Assembly: GCF_001194135.2 (NCBI RefSeq)
Contig: NC_068990.1
Location: 35,996,116 to 36,060,115 of the forward strand
From: Octopus bimaculoides
Taxonomy: Eukaryota
Reading direction: 5' to 3'
DNA length: 64,000 nucleotides
Shown one piece after another: positions 28,328 to 40,735 of this stretch. Numbering within the stretch: position 1 is the first letter of the stretch; every line of letters starts with the position of its first letter. The position numbers and the translations under genes were made by a program. The notes under the pieces were generated by a model. It made no database searches, was not told the DNA's origin, and was given only the letters and a program-made list of their open reading frames with translations.

Positions 28328-28850
28328 CAGTGGTGGGTACGGTCCCGCTAATCCGATAACAGCTAATTAACGAAGCTAACTTTTCGTTTAGCGTATTAAC
28401 GTTATCACTAACTTTTGAAGTCGTTAGCGCACCAATTAGCTTCTGCTGACAAAATTCATACGCTTGTTCCTGTCTGTTGTGGGCGTATCTAGAAGAGTTC
28501 GTTAGGCAGGCTATTAGATGATTACGTGTACACATGACAAGACGTGACTGGTCGACGCAGCAGCAGCAAGCTGAGCAGCACTGTGTAATTCTGCACTTTC
28601 AAGTTGTGTTCACTTACGACGTTTTCACATTACAAACAATCTTACAGTGTTAGCGACAACAGCGTATGATATTGGCTTATCAAGTTATCGCTTATCGTTA
28701 TGAAAGAAGACGTTTTTCTTAATCCCGAGGATGAAGGGCCTGTTGAGGAGTCTGCAACGGCTGTGAGTGAGGCAGAGGTCACTCACAGGAGTCTCAGAAC
28801 TCGTGGGCCCACATGGAAGACTAATTTGTCGTTATCGATATGAATTCAAT
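28328..28850 (+). mobile_element. hAT DNA transposon 5' end (left TIR, subterminal repeats, transposase start)
   Basis: Begins CAGTGGTGGGTACGG, followed by dense GCTAA/TTAGC subterminal repeats. An ORF start MKEDVFLNPEDEG... and SWAHMED*FVVIDMNS resemble the PWP.L...F motif preceding hAT BED fingers. No right TIR found. Confidence 0.6.
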
Positions 28851-28999
28851 AGGCTGGGTAGAGTGGAAATATATGTTTATTATATGAAAACAAAAAAGAT
28901 TGCCTTCTCAAAGATCCGCTCTGAGTTAGGCTAACCAACATACACAGACTATTAATGTATGTGTAAGTGCGTGGACGTGTACGAGTGTGTGTGTGTGTA

Positions 29000-29043
<44 letters not shown>

Positions 29044-29249
29044 CGTGTGTATGTGTTTATATGTATTTTTTTTATATACATACATATCCGTTTCATGGAC
29101 AACAAAACACGTAAGATCATGGTGTTAACAGACTATTCCAAACGAAAGGTGGAGAAGAATCTTAAGATCTGTGCAGATAGTCTTCATGACCGAATAATAT
29201 CACTAAGACAACATCTGCTAAACAACGGCACATCATCCAATGGCTCATA

Positions 29250-29620
29250 AAAAGAAATGAATTACATCTTGCGGTTCGGTCGTGAAATTCTCATAAAAAG
29301 CGATGCACGAATAGTTCTTGTAAATTTGACGGAGATGATATTTGACTCGTGACCATTACGAAGGTTATAGTTTTTCAGTCCGTGAAACGGGAGAGAACTA
29401 TGAAATATTTAATGAATAAACGAGATACTTACACCCTAAAACTCCCAAGATGCAAGCGTAAATGTCTACTATGCCACTCTACTGTGAAGCATATAAAGCG
29501 CCCTACCAACAACTACCCAAAAGTATCTTCGAAGTTCTATTTCCCATTATATTATGATGTTGTTGCTAAAATATCATCTGCAGAAAATTATGTTGGGATA
29601 AATATAAGCACACGTGTTAA
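29250..29620 (+). mobile_element. Possible RTE-type APE endonuclease remnant
   Basis: SVNVYYAT resembles V..YAPT and YDVVAKISS..YVG resembles GDFNAKIG, in the correct order but across frameshifts. Confidence 0.25.
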
Positions 29621-31189
29621 CTGAATACCACACAAGGAATATCATTGGAACAATCCTATCATGTGCTTGCTAGACATTTCTTTTTTTTTTGAACAGGCTG
29701 ATAGAAAATATCCGTCCTACTGTCATTCTCGAATCACAAATTGACTTAAGATCAGCTAGAGGAACAATCAACAAAATATTCTATGCTTTCAGGGATACAA
29801 AAGAAATGAACCGAACGGCATGTGCCTTTATGTCAAGTCTTTGTTGATTTAACGAAAGCTTTTGATTCAGTTAACATACATACATACATCTTTGCTTCAT
29901 TCTAACTCGATATTCTGAGAATGATATGAAAACAGCACAAACATGAAAATGCCAAATTTATTAAATAAAACACTTTCACTTTAGTTAACCTATCTGTTGA
30001 TTACTTTCTATTCAGTAGGAGCATACGTATATATGTACAGAAATGTATTTATATAACTGTGTGGACGTGCGTGTATGTCTGTGTATGTTTGTTAGCGAAA
30101 CTTTAAGTAGACAATCCTTTTTTCTTTTTCTTATAATAAACATTTATTTCCACTCTATCCAGCCTATTGAATTCCATATCAAATAATGCTTAAACTAAGT
30201 AAAATATATTTTAGGTTTTAATATAATTTACAACTCTTACCTTAAGTTATATGTGTGTATGCAAGTGTATTCATGTATGCATGCTATTATATATGTGTGT
30301 GCTTGGATGATGTTAACTAGCCATGCATAAACCACATATATCTAAGTACGTGTGTTTATGCATTCATGTTTAGTTCATCACAGAAATAAATATAAACACC
30401 CGCATATTCAGAAGTAGATACATACATACGAACATACACGCTCTACCTACCTACATGCACTTATATATCTTGCACATACATTAACATTCACTTACATTTC
30501 TCACATTATAGTTTCGTTGCACATTCTTCAAAAACATACTCAAAAGCAACTAAGCAACCAAAAACTGGAAACCTACGCACCAAAGTTTACCTGAATGACG
30601 TCATCTCTGTTGGAGACAAAGCCAAGGACATTGCCTTGTCATGAAGCTATGGAAACGGAACATGGAGGAATGATGTTATCAAAGACAACTGCATCAATAG
30701 AATTGTCTCCTGTCTATAGATTTGTAACAGATAAAAACTGAAAATCAGAAAACATCAAATAAATAACAAACCAATAAATCATGGTGGTATGCAGATCCGT
30801 GATCAGAATGTTCAAATATATTTTTATTTCGGAACAAATCTAATTAAAATTTTGTAGAAAAAATGGACGTCTGAGAGAGTACAAGCATGGCTGGGTGGTC
30901 GACGAACCTGGAAATTTGTTACAGAGGCTGAGAGTTCTTATTTTCTTAATGAAAGTAACTTTTATTCTGAGCCCCACAAACCTTACCGTTACAGTAGATA
31001 TCAGTTACGCACAGTTAGCACTGTGTAGATAACACAGTTTATTGCTGCTTATCTGAAAGCTAAACTGGATGTCTTTCGACCTACAAGAAAAAGCAGCCAA
31101 ACTTTCCTCAACTAACGCATTGACTCTTAAAATATAGAACTGCATTTACCTTTGACTTGGGTCAAATAAATAACAACAAATATCTTTTT

Positions 31190-31317
31190 CTACTCTAGAC
31201 AAAAGGCTCGGAATTTTGGGGGAGGGAGGCCAGTCGATTAGATCGACTCCAGTACGCAACTAGTACTTAATTTATCGACCCCGAAAGGAGGAAAGGCAAA
31301 GTCGACCTAGGCGGAAA
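31190..31317 (-). mobile_element. SINE family B, 3' part
   Basis: tctactctagac...gtcgattagatcgactccagtacgcaactagtacttaatttatcgaccccgaaagg. Confidence 0.85.
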
Positions 31318-32694
31318 TAACAACAAATATCATTTACGTAATTCTGAACAAGAATCACAGTAAGGTGCAGTTGTTTTAGTTATAAGTCCTATAGTAATGT
31401 TGATGTACGTTCCATCCAGATATAATTAATTAAGGTTCATTGTGTGTATATCATTTCAACAATGTTTACATTGTAATGTAAACAAAAAGAATCCTGAAGA
31501 CGTTAGCATGTTTTACGTCTGCAAAAAGCATTTGAAGAAAATTCACGAGATGTTAAATGCTTTCACATCCTATGGTAAGCAGTACGCTTACAGAACTCTT
31601 CTGTGAGATCTTCTAAAATGTTTGCTTGCGATCCATTGGATTCTTAGTTCAAATTGTGTCCAAATTGACATAACCTGCGTGGAATATGTTGGTCAGATCG
31701 TCACGACACGTTACCAACCAACGCATAGAAAACGACCGACGGACAAATAGCCAGCCAGTAATCTACACACCGGGGAAATTTTCTCCTTTTATTGTTATTG
31801 GCATTACTTTAAGGGTAGAAGCTACTCTCTGATTCACCTCCATGTAAATACTTTTCTTTCCATCATGTGGGCTCATGCAAGCAATCAATGGTCGTATACA
31901 GAAATGAGATAAAGCTAAAGCAGATTTCACTTGCTTTACACGCTTGCCTAGTACTGAGATCGATTTTTGCTGGTGGGATTATACACGTAACGATAAGCCA
32001 AGAATAACAAGTCGATTCCTAAAAGGGGCATCTGTGTCGTTACTCCAAATAGAAAACCAATCTCCTTCTTATCATATCCAATCTTTTGAAAAGGAAAAAG
32101 AGGACAGGCTCACTGGATAAGAAGCTTTTGATATGAAAATCTCAAGGTAAGAAGAATATGGTCACAACGGCAAATCTATCCACCATGCAACCATAGATTT
32201 ATAACTAATCTGGAGCTTTAACAACAATAACAACAGCAACATCAATTCCATTGGTACAGCTTCTATTTGCTGCACTAAATTATAGCACTGTTGCCGGCTA
32301 CTTACAGATAAATGAACTCCGCAGCAATGTAGTAGCAGCAATGGTGTCACAATACAAAACATTCTCCTTTAAAATCACTATGGTCTGCACCGATATCAAC
32401 ATGCATACATACGTATATGTACATATACACTGAACCGCAAAAGAAACGCGAGCTTTTGAAATGTCATTTTTATATGGTAAATTCTGAAAATTTATTTCGG
32501 GTATGTAAGTGTAAATATCCCAAGACATCTTGGTTTATGGCTGAGACCCAAATTGCAGGTCACCTTTCAACTTTCCCAGAAACGAGACGCCAAAACGCAG
32601 CTGCTTTGAATGCCGTTGGTGGCAGTTGCAAACGATTGTCATAAAAACCGCAAAAATACTCCGCTATGGTGGTAGATTGAAAAGACTGGACACT

Positions 32695-33850
32695 TCCGCC
32701 CAATTAACAGGGTAAACGAGCTACTAGGATTAGAGTAGGTAGTATCCCACCCAGTATCGACCCAGAATGGATATTAGCAGCAATTTTCATGGCGAAAGAG
32801 GAAGTAGATTACGAGGGAGTCACTATAATTATGATAAACCGGACCCAAAAAGTAAATTGATAGGGATACGGGTTAGAGATAATTTTTCGGCGGAACAGAA
32901 ACGATACGAAGCAATACCAGAAATGTTGGAGCTGCCCAGTGAAGACAAACTTAATGTAATGTTTTAGGGGAGGCCTCCAAAGTGTCCTGGGTGTGGTGAG
33001 AAGGGGCACATAAGAAGAAGGTGCCCTAGAATAATGAGGAAAGCTGCAGAGGTAGAAATGCAAGAAAACGTGATGGAAGCGGAGAGGCAGACCCAAGAAG
33101 TGGAACAGAACATGGAGTTTGTGGAGGTCAAGTCGAGGAAGAGAGAGAGCGGAGGAGTTCACCGCCGGAAACGGAACAGAAGAAATATAAAGCACAGGAG
33201 GAATTGGGCCAACCAACATCGACAAGTAGAAGCCCGTGGTATCAACGATAAAAAATTCCACAATCAGAATAACATCACCAAGTAAACACACAGACTTACA
33301 ATCATACAGACATACACACTCACACACACATAAACACACAGACGTACTGACATATAGAAATAGAGACAGACAGACACAAGATAACACTGAGTTACAGAAA
33401 CCTAAAAGCACGGAAACACAGAGACAATACGCAGACTTACAGACACACGAACATACAGACTCACAGACACATAAGCACACAGACATACAGACACAAAGAA
33501 ACATAGACAAATACATCATAACACAAAGTTACAGAAACATAAAAGCACAGATTCACTGTTACAATACGCAGACACACAAGACGTACACAGAAGCAAAGTT
33601 TTTTTAGCAACATATCGTACGACCCAAAAACTGGAAAGAAAAAATAACGAAACTGAAAGGGATTGTGAGGGTGAAGTGGTTAGACGGTTATGATAAGGAT
33701 ACGAGATGTATCCTGATGAAGGAAGGAAAATATAAAACACTGAAAGAGGCTTTTCCTTCAGATGTAAATCCACTAGGGCCGAAAGTGAGTATTGAAACCC
33801 GCGCCTCAGTGATGAATTATGAAGACATCAAAAGTGTTATAAAGTGGTAA
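32695..33850 (+). mobile_element. Tx1/L1-clade LINE ORF1 pseudogene, copy 1
   Basis: GKRATRIRVGSIPPSIDPEWILAAIF, then a CX2CX4HX4C knuckle (CPGCGEKGHIRRRC, ~32983-33024), an AC-rich low-complexity stretch, and an ~80-aa terminal segment (33608-33850). Contains frameshifts and stops. Confidence 0.75.
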
Positions 33851-33999
33851 GTGGAGATTATTTTTAGAACTATTAATGAACATTTGTAAAAGACTCTTTG
33901 TTGAAATAATTAAAATAACGTAACCATCACGAAGCGAGGTCGATATGGCCGTCTCACTGTCATTGTAAACAATTCATTTCATTCGTTTTTCATACGTTA

Positions 34000-35910
34000 A
34001 TTGTCCCCGCATGTGTGTTTATCTTCTCTACATTCGGCCTTTGTAGCTGTAATGAAATTAATTCGTAATTTCTCCGCTTTTTGGTTTATTGCTGTGTTGT
34101 ACTGTGGTTTATATCTATCGTCATTTATTTGTTGAACTTTGTGTTGTTGCATTTGTTACATTTGGTGATACATTTCCTAAACACAGTTGTTGTTTGTTTC
34201 AAGGGGGATTTGTTATTCACCAGAGCAGTATGTCCAATAACATGACTCCAGTCAAGCTACGAAATATACGATGGAACCAACAAGCATAAAAAGAAAGGGG
34301 AATTTCGCTGCAGCCGCCATTGTGACAAAAACCAAAATAAATATCGAAACAGAAGTGTTGAAAAAATATAACGAGATGTTTGAAAGGGAGGGGTAGGAAC
34401 TAAAACATGCCCATACCAATGAAATTATGGAAAGTTTTGAGAAAAGAACGGTAATTTACAAAAGTTGGATGGCGAAGGACAAGAAATTTCAACCATTTAA
34501 CTTTCCTGTGTAGAAGAAATTAGATGTAGCTTCTAAAGAAGCCGTGGTACTTGCTTTGAAACAAAAATGGAAGGACATGACGTTCTTAACAAGAGGAAGG
34601 AAATATGCAACGGTGGAAGTAAGATTCAAATCCGAGGAGCTGGCGAAACTTCACTCTATAGAAACTCTAAGGACAGCGGAGGTGGTACTTTTACCCACTT
34701 ACCTAGGCAGAAGAACGTCTAGTATTAAAGTGGGTGCAATACCATCGGAAGTGAATGCAAGTTGTCTAGTGGCAGCTATATGTTCTGGAATGGAAGAAAA
34801 AATGGCAATCCTACAAGTAACAGTCACAGAGTGTGAAAATTGGCAGGAATGATCGTTCAAGCTTCCCCTGTCGACCTAGAAAATATAACAGAGGTCAGCG
34901 AGGTGGGGCATAAACAAGTTCCGAGTAATGGTAGAAGGGAGGAAGCCCCGGTGTTTTAGATGTGGTAAACTAGTGCACATCAGAGCCGAGTGCAAACATT
35001 CTCTCAAGGAAGCACCGAATCCTCCACCTCCAGAAGAATCTCCAGAAGGGTCAACATCACCATCATCACCAGAATCATCAATAAGACCAACAGAAGAAAC
35101 TGAAGGAGAAATGTCAGAAAATACAGGAGATGGGCAACAACAAAGGAAGAAGAAATGGCAAAGGAGGAAAAATTGTTAACCTACACCATCGAGTCTGACA
35201 TTGAAAAAATGCACAGAGAAAAAAATAATTCACCCCCAACCCAATGGATATTATTTTAAACCATTCAGCCCAACTTTTAGCTGCAAAACGCAAAAGATGA
35301 GCGTTTAACGGCGAAAATTAATAATATCCCAACGGCCAAAAAATAGCAGAATTTAACACACCGAAAAACATTGACAATTTTAAAAGTGATATAAATAATA
35401 TCAACATACTCTGAAGTGAGTTCAAACTCGACATAGGCCCTCTAAGATTGAATTTTTCGCCAGAAATCTTTCAGGGCCTTGTCCAAGACAACCCTATGAG
35501 CGCCTGAGTAGAAGATTAAGAAGGGAAATTTTTTTTCCCATCAACAAGGTAAGCCTTTACTTTTATGGCTTCTTTCAACGTAGGATGTATAAATGTTCGC
35601 GGCTTGTGGTCGACCGGGAAACAGGAATGTTTCCTGAACGATTTCAGGTCGCATAATTTCGATGTAATAGTAGCCACAGAGTCCAGACTGAGTAGTCTGC
35701 GAAACTTTTCCCACATCCTAACCGGGTACGAGAAAATTATTTCTCCATGCCCACCTAGAGGAGGGGTGGGTGTTGCAGTTCTGCTTAGGAAATATATCGT
35801 ATCGAGACATTCTTAGACTCGAGACTTTGTCCAAATTTTTCTAACGGTTGTTCTCATACTAAAAGTGGCGTTGATGAATATGGTGGCTGTTTGTGGTGCT
35901 GGTGGACATG
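34000..35910 (+). mobile_element. Tx1/L1-clade LINE, copy 2: 5' UTR, ORF1 and ORF2 endonuclease start; 3' part missing
   Basis: ORF1 at ~34230-35180 contains LGRRTSSIKVGAIP and the knuckle CFRCGKLVHIRAEC. ORF2 starts at 35565 with MASFNVGCINVRGL...DVIVATE...GVAVLLRK (APE domains I-III) and decays by ~35910. Confidence 0.9.
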
Positions 35911-38711
35911 GCATCGGCCATGAAAAGGGCAGTGGTCGTGGCAGCCATAGTGGTGGTTTTTAAAGGCATGAAGGTTTAATTTGCCATCCAAAAGTGTTTT
36001 AGCAGTGTGTATTTCATATTCGGTTATACTGGGAAGAAGAACCCATTTGAGACAAAAAAACATACACAGAGGTGTCCCTGTCAGTCCATTCGTCACACAT
36101 TAATTATCCACTGAAACAAAGTTTAGTAAACGACCGAGCTTGCTCACATGGTATACTCGAAAAAACAAACAATTCTCTACATTACATCTTACTGACTTAA
36201 AATGGGAAGGAGGATGTATTTAGAATACTGATGTATTAAATTTTTGTTATTCAAAATATTGCTTTGTTTTTTAAATGAGATTGTCACGCTTGGCCTATCT
36301 TTTACTATAGATCTATTTCATCGTTACCTGCGATGCGGGTGCTATTAATTAGAAACAAGTGAATCATATTTATTTAATATATCACCAGGATGTGTTTTAT
36401 TCTATGCTGAGGGTTTATATTGACCAGATTTCATTCATTTTCCATATTGTTGAACTATGAACGTTCGCTATTTTAAATCTGAATTTTATCAGTACTCAAT
36501 CTTAGTTGAATCCATGGTTGAATTCACCATGCACGCATGAAGAATGAACATGTAATACACTGCAATAGGATCGTTGTTGTTGTCGTTGACGTCGTCGTCG
36601 ACGTTGTTGCTATTGTTCTTCTTGCTTCTGTTGTTCAACTTCAAATCTACCTTCATTGAGTAGACTCGTGTTTAAAAGCGTCGTAGCTATTATTAACCCC
36701 TCTGTTTCCTGACAGAGCCCCAGATGTACTATGCCAGAAACTAGGGTAGAATCTAATAAAAGCACATACTGCATTGACCATTGGTCATGCTGCTGTCCTT
36801 TTAGAAGCCATTTTATTCCCACTTTAATCTGGTGAAAGGTATACCAGTAATATATTTTTATATGACGCTGTTTTATGTTTGTTGAATAATAAAAAGTTGC
36901 CGCTTTTAACTACTCCTATGCCTAGGGTAGTCTCTTATTGTTCCTCCTTAAGCTAAGCTCAGTCAAAAGTAACCAGCTTAGCTAACATTATCAATAAATA
37001 CTCTCAACTTCAGAGTTACAGCAGGAAAAAGAAAATACATTTAATGGATTATTTTCCCTAATGATTTTTTCGCTTTCTCTCTGTCTCTTTTTGTATCTGT
37101 CACTCACTCTCTCCCTTTCTATATATTTATCACTACCTCTATCTGTCATTATATATTTCGTTTATGTTTTATAATGTTTCTATAATATATTGCTGCTTAA
37201 TAGCTTTTCCCTGATGAAAGAAACATTTTGCTTTCAGAAGAAAAAATATAAAATGACATTAAAAAAAAAACAAAAAAAAACAAAAGCATTAAAAAGAAAA
37301 AAAATGCCAGAATCAGAAATTATCAACAGTAAAAAAATTAATATAGTACAGAGAAATGAAAACACTCAAAATAATTTTTCAAAGAATCAAAAAGAAACAG
37401 ATAGAAATCAAAACGAAATAGTCAGTTTTCAACATTAGTTTGTTGTTAATACAGTTATTATCTGCTGGCAGTTTATCTGATCAATATAACTGTCTTTAGG
37501 CAGCCATTTTAGAATGACTGTCGATATCACATAAAATTGATGTCTGATGTATTCTTAAGCGATTTTAATTCAACGTAGCTAAGTGTCTTTTAGTGTCGTT
37601 TATACAGGCAGTAATAATTTAGTTGTTGTGACAGTGGAACAAATATACCTGAGTGAGCTGAAGATTTCCATTAAAAAAAAATTAATCAAGGAGTAAGCGA
37701 ACAGTACTCCTGACCTTCATTGACCCTTTCATACTTGTGAGATTCATTGAGCTGAAACTTTCTAAAGTAGGTGTAAGACCTTGACAACTCTATCCTGAGC
37801 GCATATTTTTACGTATATATAACAAAAAAGGAAATCCATAGGAGAAAACGATTTATTGATATCAATCTTGGCTCCAGCAAAATCTCTGCTGGTAATAACA
37901 AGGATTGTAGTTGAATTCCCATCAATTTTACAGTGCTGTTGCTATTGCTGCAACAACTACTACTGCTGTTGCTCTTTGAAGTGATCAGCCATTTCAGCTA
38001 GAGTACATGTGGTGATTGAGATGGCTGTTCTGTGTATGGTCCGTTATTTGACAAAAATCGGTTGGTTATTTTTAAATATCATATTTACGTAATCATCATC
38101 TTGCCTCATGTTGATCTCCCTCTTGTGCTGCCACATGTAATTACTGATCTGTTACCACCATAGACTATCATGTTACCCCATTTTTCCCTCAAGTGTTATT
38201 AGAGTTTACTCAATGGAAAACAGAATCTTGATTCTCTACCCATCCATGTCTATTCTACAGGCATTGATTCGCAAATATTTTGACTGGGCATCAACTGCTT
38301 CAAGCTATTTTAAGTAAGCTTGCAAAGTTTATGAATATAAATTTATAAATATTGACCTCCATTTTTTTTTTTTTTGCTAACCTATAACAAAATTATGACT
38401 AAGAATGAGCGCAATTCAATCAACATAACCTCATTCAGAAGTGATTAATTATGGAGTACGAATTGCTTACTCTTCGACAGAGAAACCGTTCACTAATCAC
38501 AGCTACAATCTGGCCAATTCATTTAAAATTATGCAGTGCTATTGACGATATTGTTGACTGTCTCTTGTAATGACCATTTATATCTACATTTTCTTAATCG
38601 ACGAAATCTAAAATACATGACTGAACATTGGCAAATTGACGTATGTTGATATCAGGACAGTGGTGCAAGCAAATATAGACGCTAAATTCTTGTGGTAATA
38701 ATAAAAATCAT

Positions 38712-38891
38712 TTCTATTATCGGCACAAGAGAGGGACCTGGTCTATTGAATTGACTTCAGTGCTCAACTGTTATATATTTTATGGGCCTGAAGGGTTGGA
38801 AGACAAAGTCGAGCTTGGTTGTATTTGAACTCAGCACCTAAAGTCAGGGGAAATGCCCGGCGTTCTAATGATTCTGCCAGCTCTCCGCCTT
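38712..38891 (-). mobile_element. SINE family B (degenerate)
   Basis: ggaagacaaagtcgagcttggttgtatttgaactcag...ttctgccagctctccgcc. Confidence 0.75.
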
Positions 38892-39034
38892 TGTAATAAC
38901 AACATAAACGACAACAACAATAGTAACGGCAACATTATCATTATTATTGGTTGTTGTTGTTGTTGTTATTATTATTAATGATAATATTAAGGGATTTTGT
39001 GATCGGGAAAGACTACTCGATCTGAACAATATTC

Positions 39035-39240
39035 TTACTGAGCCCCAACTACAAGGTCATGTGCTGTTTATCTTGATATGAGATCATCGTGTCGCGCACA
39101 TACGGCTATAATGCATGTATCTGGTGTACCCTTATCAGATGAGTAGTCATGATGGGTATACTGGGCTCTGTATATTTGTAATCAAGTGTCACTTTGATGG
39201 CATGCGCTGTACTCTCAATCAATAATAATAATAGCAATTA
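39035..39240 (+). mobile_element. SINE/LINE 3' end with (AAT)n tail (family D)
   Basis: gtacccttatcagatgagtagtcatgatgggtatactggg...cactttgatggcatgc ends in caataataataat; recalled as a common Octopus repeat. Confidence 0.5.
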
Positions 39241-39719
39241 TTATTATAGTAATAATAATTGTTTCAACGCAAGGCGTTTTAGCAGGAGAGATTGGTAGAT
39301 GATATCAACTTTCGTACCCTGGTATTTAACAACAATGAAAGGATAAAACGCAAAGTTAGACTCCACTGGATTTAAGCTCAGGAATAAAGTGTTGGAAACG
39401 ATACCGCAAAACCTTTTGTCTGACGCTCAAACGACTGAAAATGTTCTCACTGTTAGCCACACAGGCATAAGGAGATACTTAGAATACACGCAGAAAGAAT
39501 AATTTCAAAGAAAACGTGTGGAATAAAGGCATAAAAGTTGACAAAGGGATGAGTGAAAGACGTTAAAGATATATAGATGGATGATTTTGAAATTTGATGG
39601 CACAAATATAGGCACGTGAAAAATAAGAATTATGACCCGAAATACACAATAACTAGAATAAGATGTCAAAGAGAGAATATTGTGAAAAATTAGATTTTAA
39701 GGATTCAACATCTCTGATA

Positions 39720-39950
39720 CCTCTAACTACCTTGATGGCGGACGAAGAACTGAGATTCACGTCCTTCGAAGAGCAAGCAAACAAATTATCAATATAAGCA
39801 CGCATTTATGATGTCATGAATTTCTCAGTGAACTTGAAAAGAACGCAGCTGTGGTTAGGTTTGGGACATTGTCAATATGCAAAAGATAGTTTGTTGGTGA
39901 AAACAAATCAACTAAAACTGCGACATTGTAAGGAACAATGACAAAAATAA
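39720..39950 (+). mobile_element. Possible RTE RT C-terminal remnant
   Basis: TQLWLGLGHCQYAKDSLLVK resembles RLRW.GHV.RM..DSLVK. Confidence 0.25.
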
Positions 39951-40034
39951 TTCCTTCTAATTTTGGCACCTGATCAATAATATTAAGGGTGGAGAAGTTG
40001 ATTAGATCGGGATCTAATACTGAACGGATTCTTA

Positions 40035-40157
40035 TTTTAATGATCCCCGGAAGGATGAAAGGCAAAGGCAAACTCGGCAGCATTTGAACTCAGATCTAAG
40101 AGAAATCTGAAGAAATGCTAAGCATTTTGTCTTTGCGCAGTAACAATCTTGCCAGTT
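40035..40157 (-). mobile_element. SINE family B partial
   Basis: ccccggaaggatgaaaggcaaaggcaaactcggcagcatttgaactcag...gctaagcatttt. Confidence 0.8.
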
Positions 40158-40439
40158 CTTGATGATGATGATAGTTTTCTTTATTTACCAAATATGCGTC
40201 AGATGAGTTGACACTGCCCGAACAAATTTCGAAAATGTTGGGAATTCTATGGAACTAATTATCAAAAAGAAAAGAAAAGAAAAGAGAAAACAACAGCATT
40301 TGAAGTCAATGAAATGGACCAATAAGGATTACTTTGATTACCAAAGCCAAGAGGAATACAACTCTTCCAGCTGTATTTCTGAGGTAACAAATACATAGAG
40401 AGAATAGACACATTTACATGTGCTACGCCTGATACTCTC

Positions 40440-40735
40440 ACCTAAAGACTCGCCAAATTTCTCTATAATCCTGCTCCAGGCAAATCTTGAACAAATCGAT
40501 GAGTGTTAGGCGGAACAATAAAGTATCTGTCCTCAGGTCTTTCAATGTTGTCTACAATACAAACGCTTTCACCATAGCCAGTAGACATAGGATTGTGGCC
40601 AAAGGAAGGATAAAGTATAAAAGAATAAGAGGACTTCATCAGGATTTGAATGTCAAACGAAATTTGAAGGAATATTACCAAATGCCACAAGCAATTTTCT
40701 CTCTTTGGCATTCTTTCAATACTGCTTTTACACAA
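40440..40735 (-). mobile_element. Penelope-like RT remnant, copy 1
   Basis: F.LYP..GH......CIVDNIERPED..FIV...THRF resembles FY.LPKIHK...EYI...PEDLK.RPIV...THRL. Homologous at peptide level to 46300-46960. Confidence 0.35.

Noticed and set aside
40442-40551. Minus-strand host exon (ttgtAG ... AG|GTGAGA)
   Set aside because: The segment is homologous to the 46.3-47 kb fossil and fits a Penelope-like RT remnant better.
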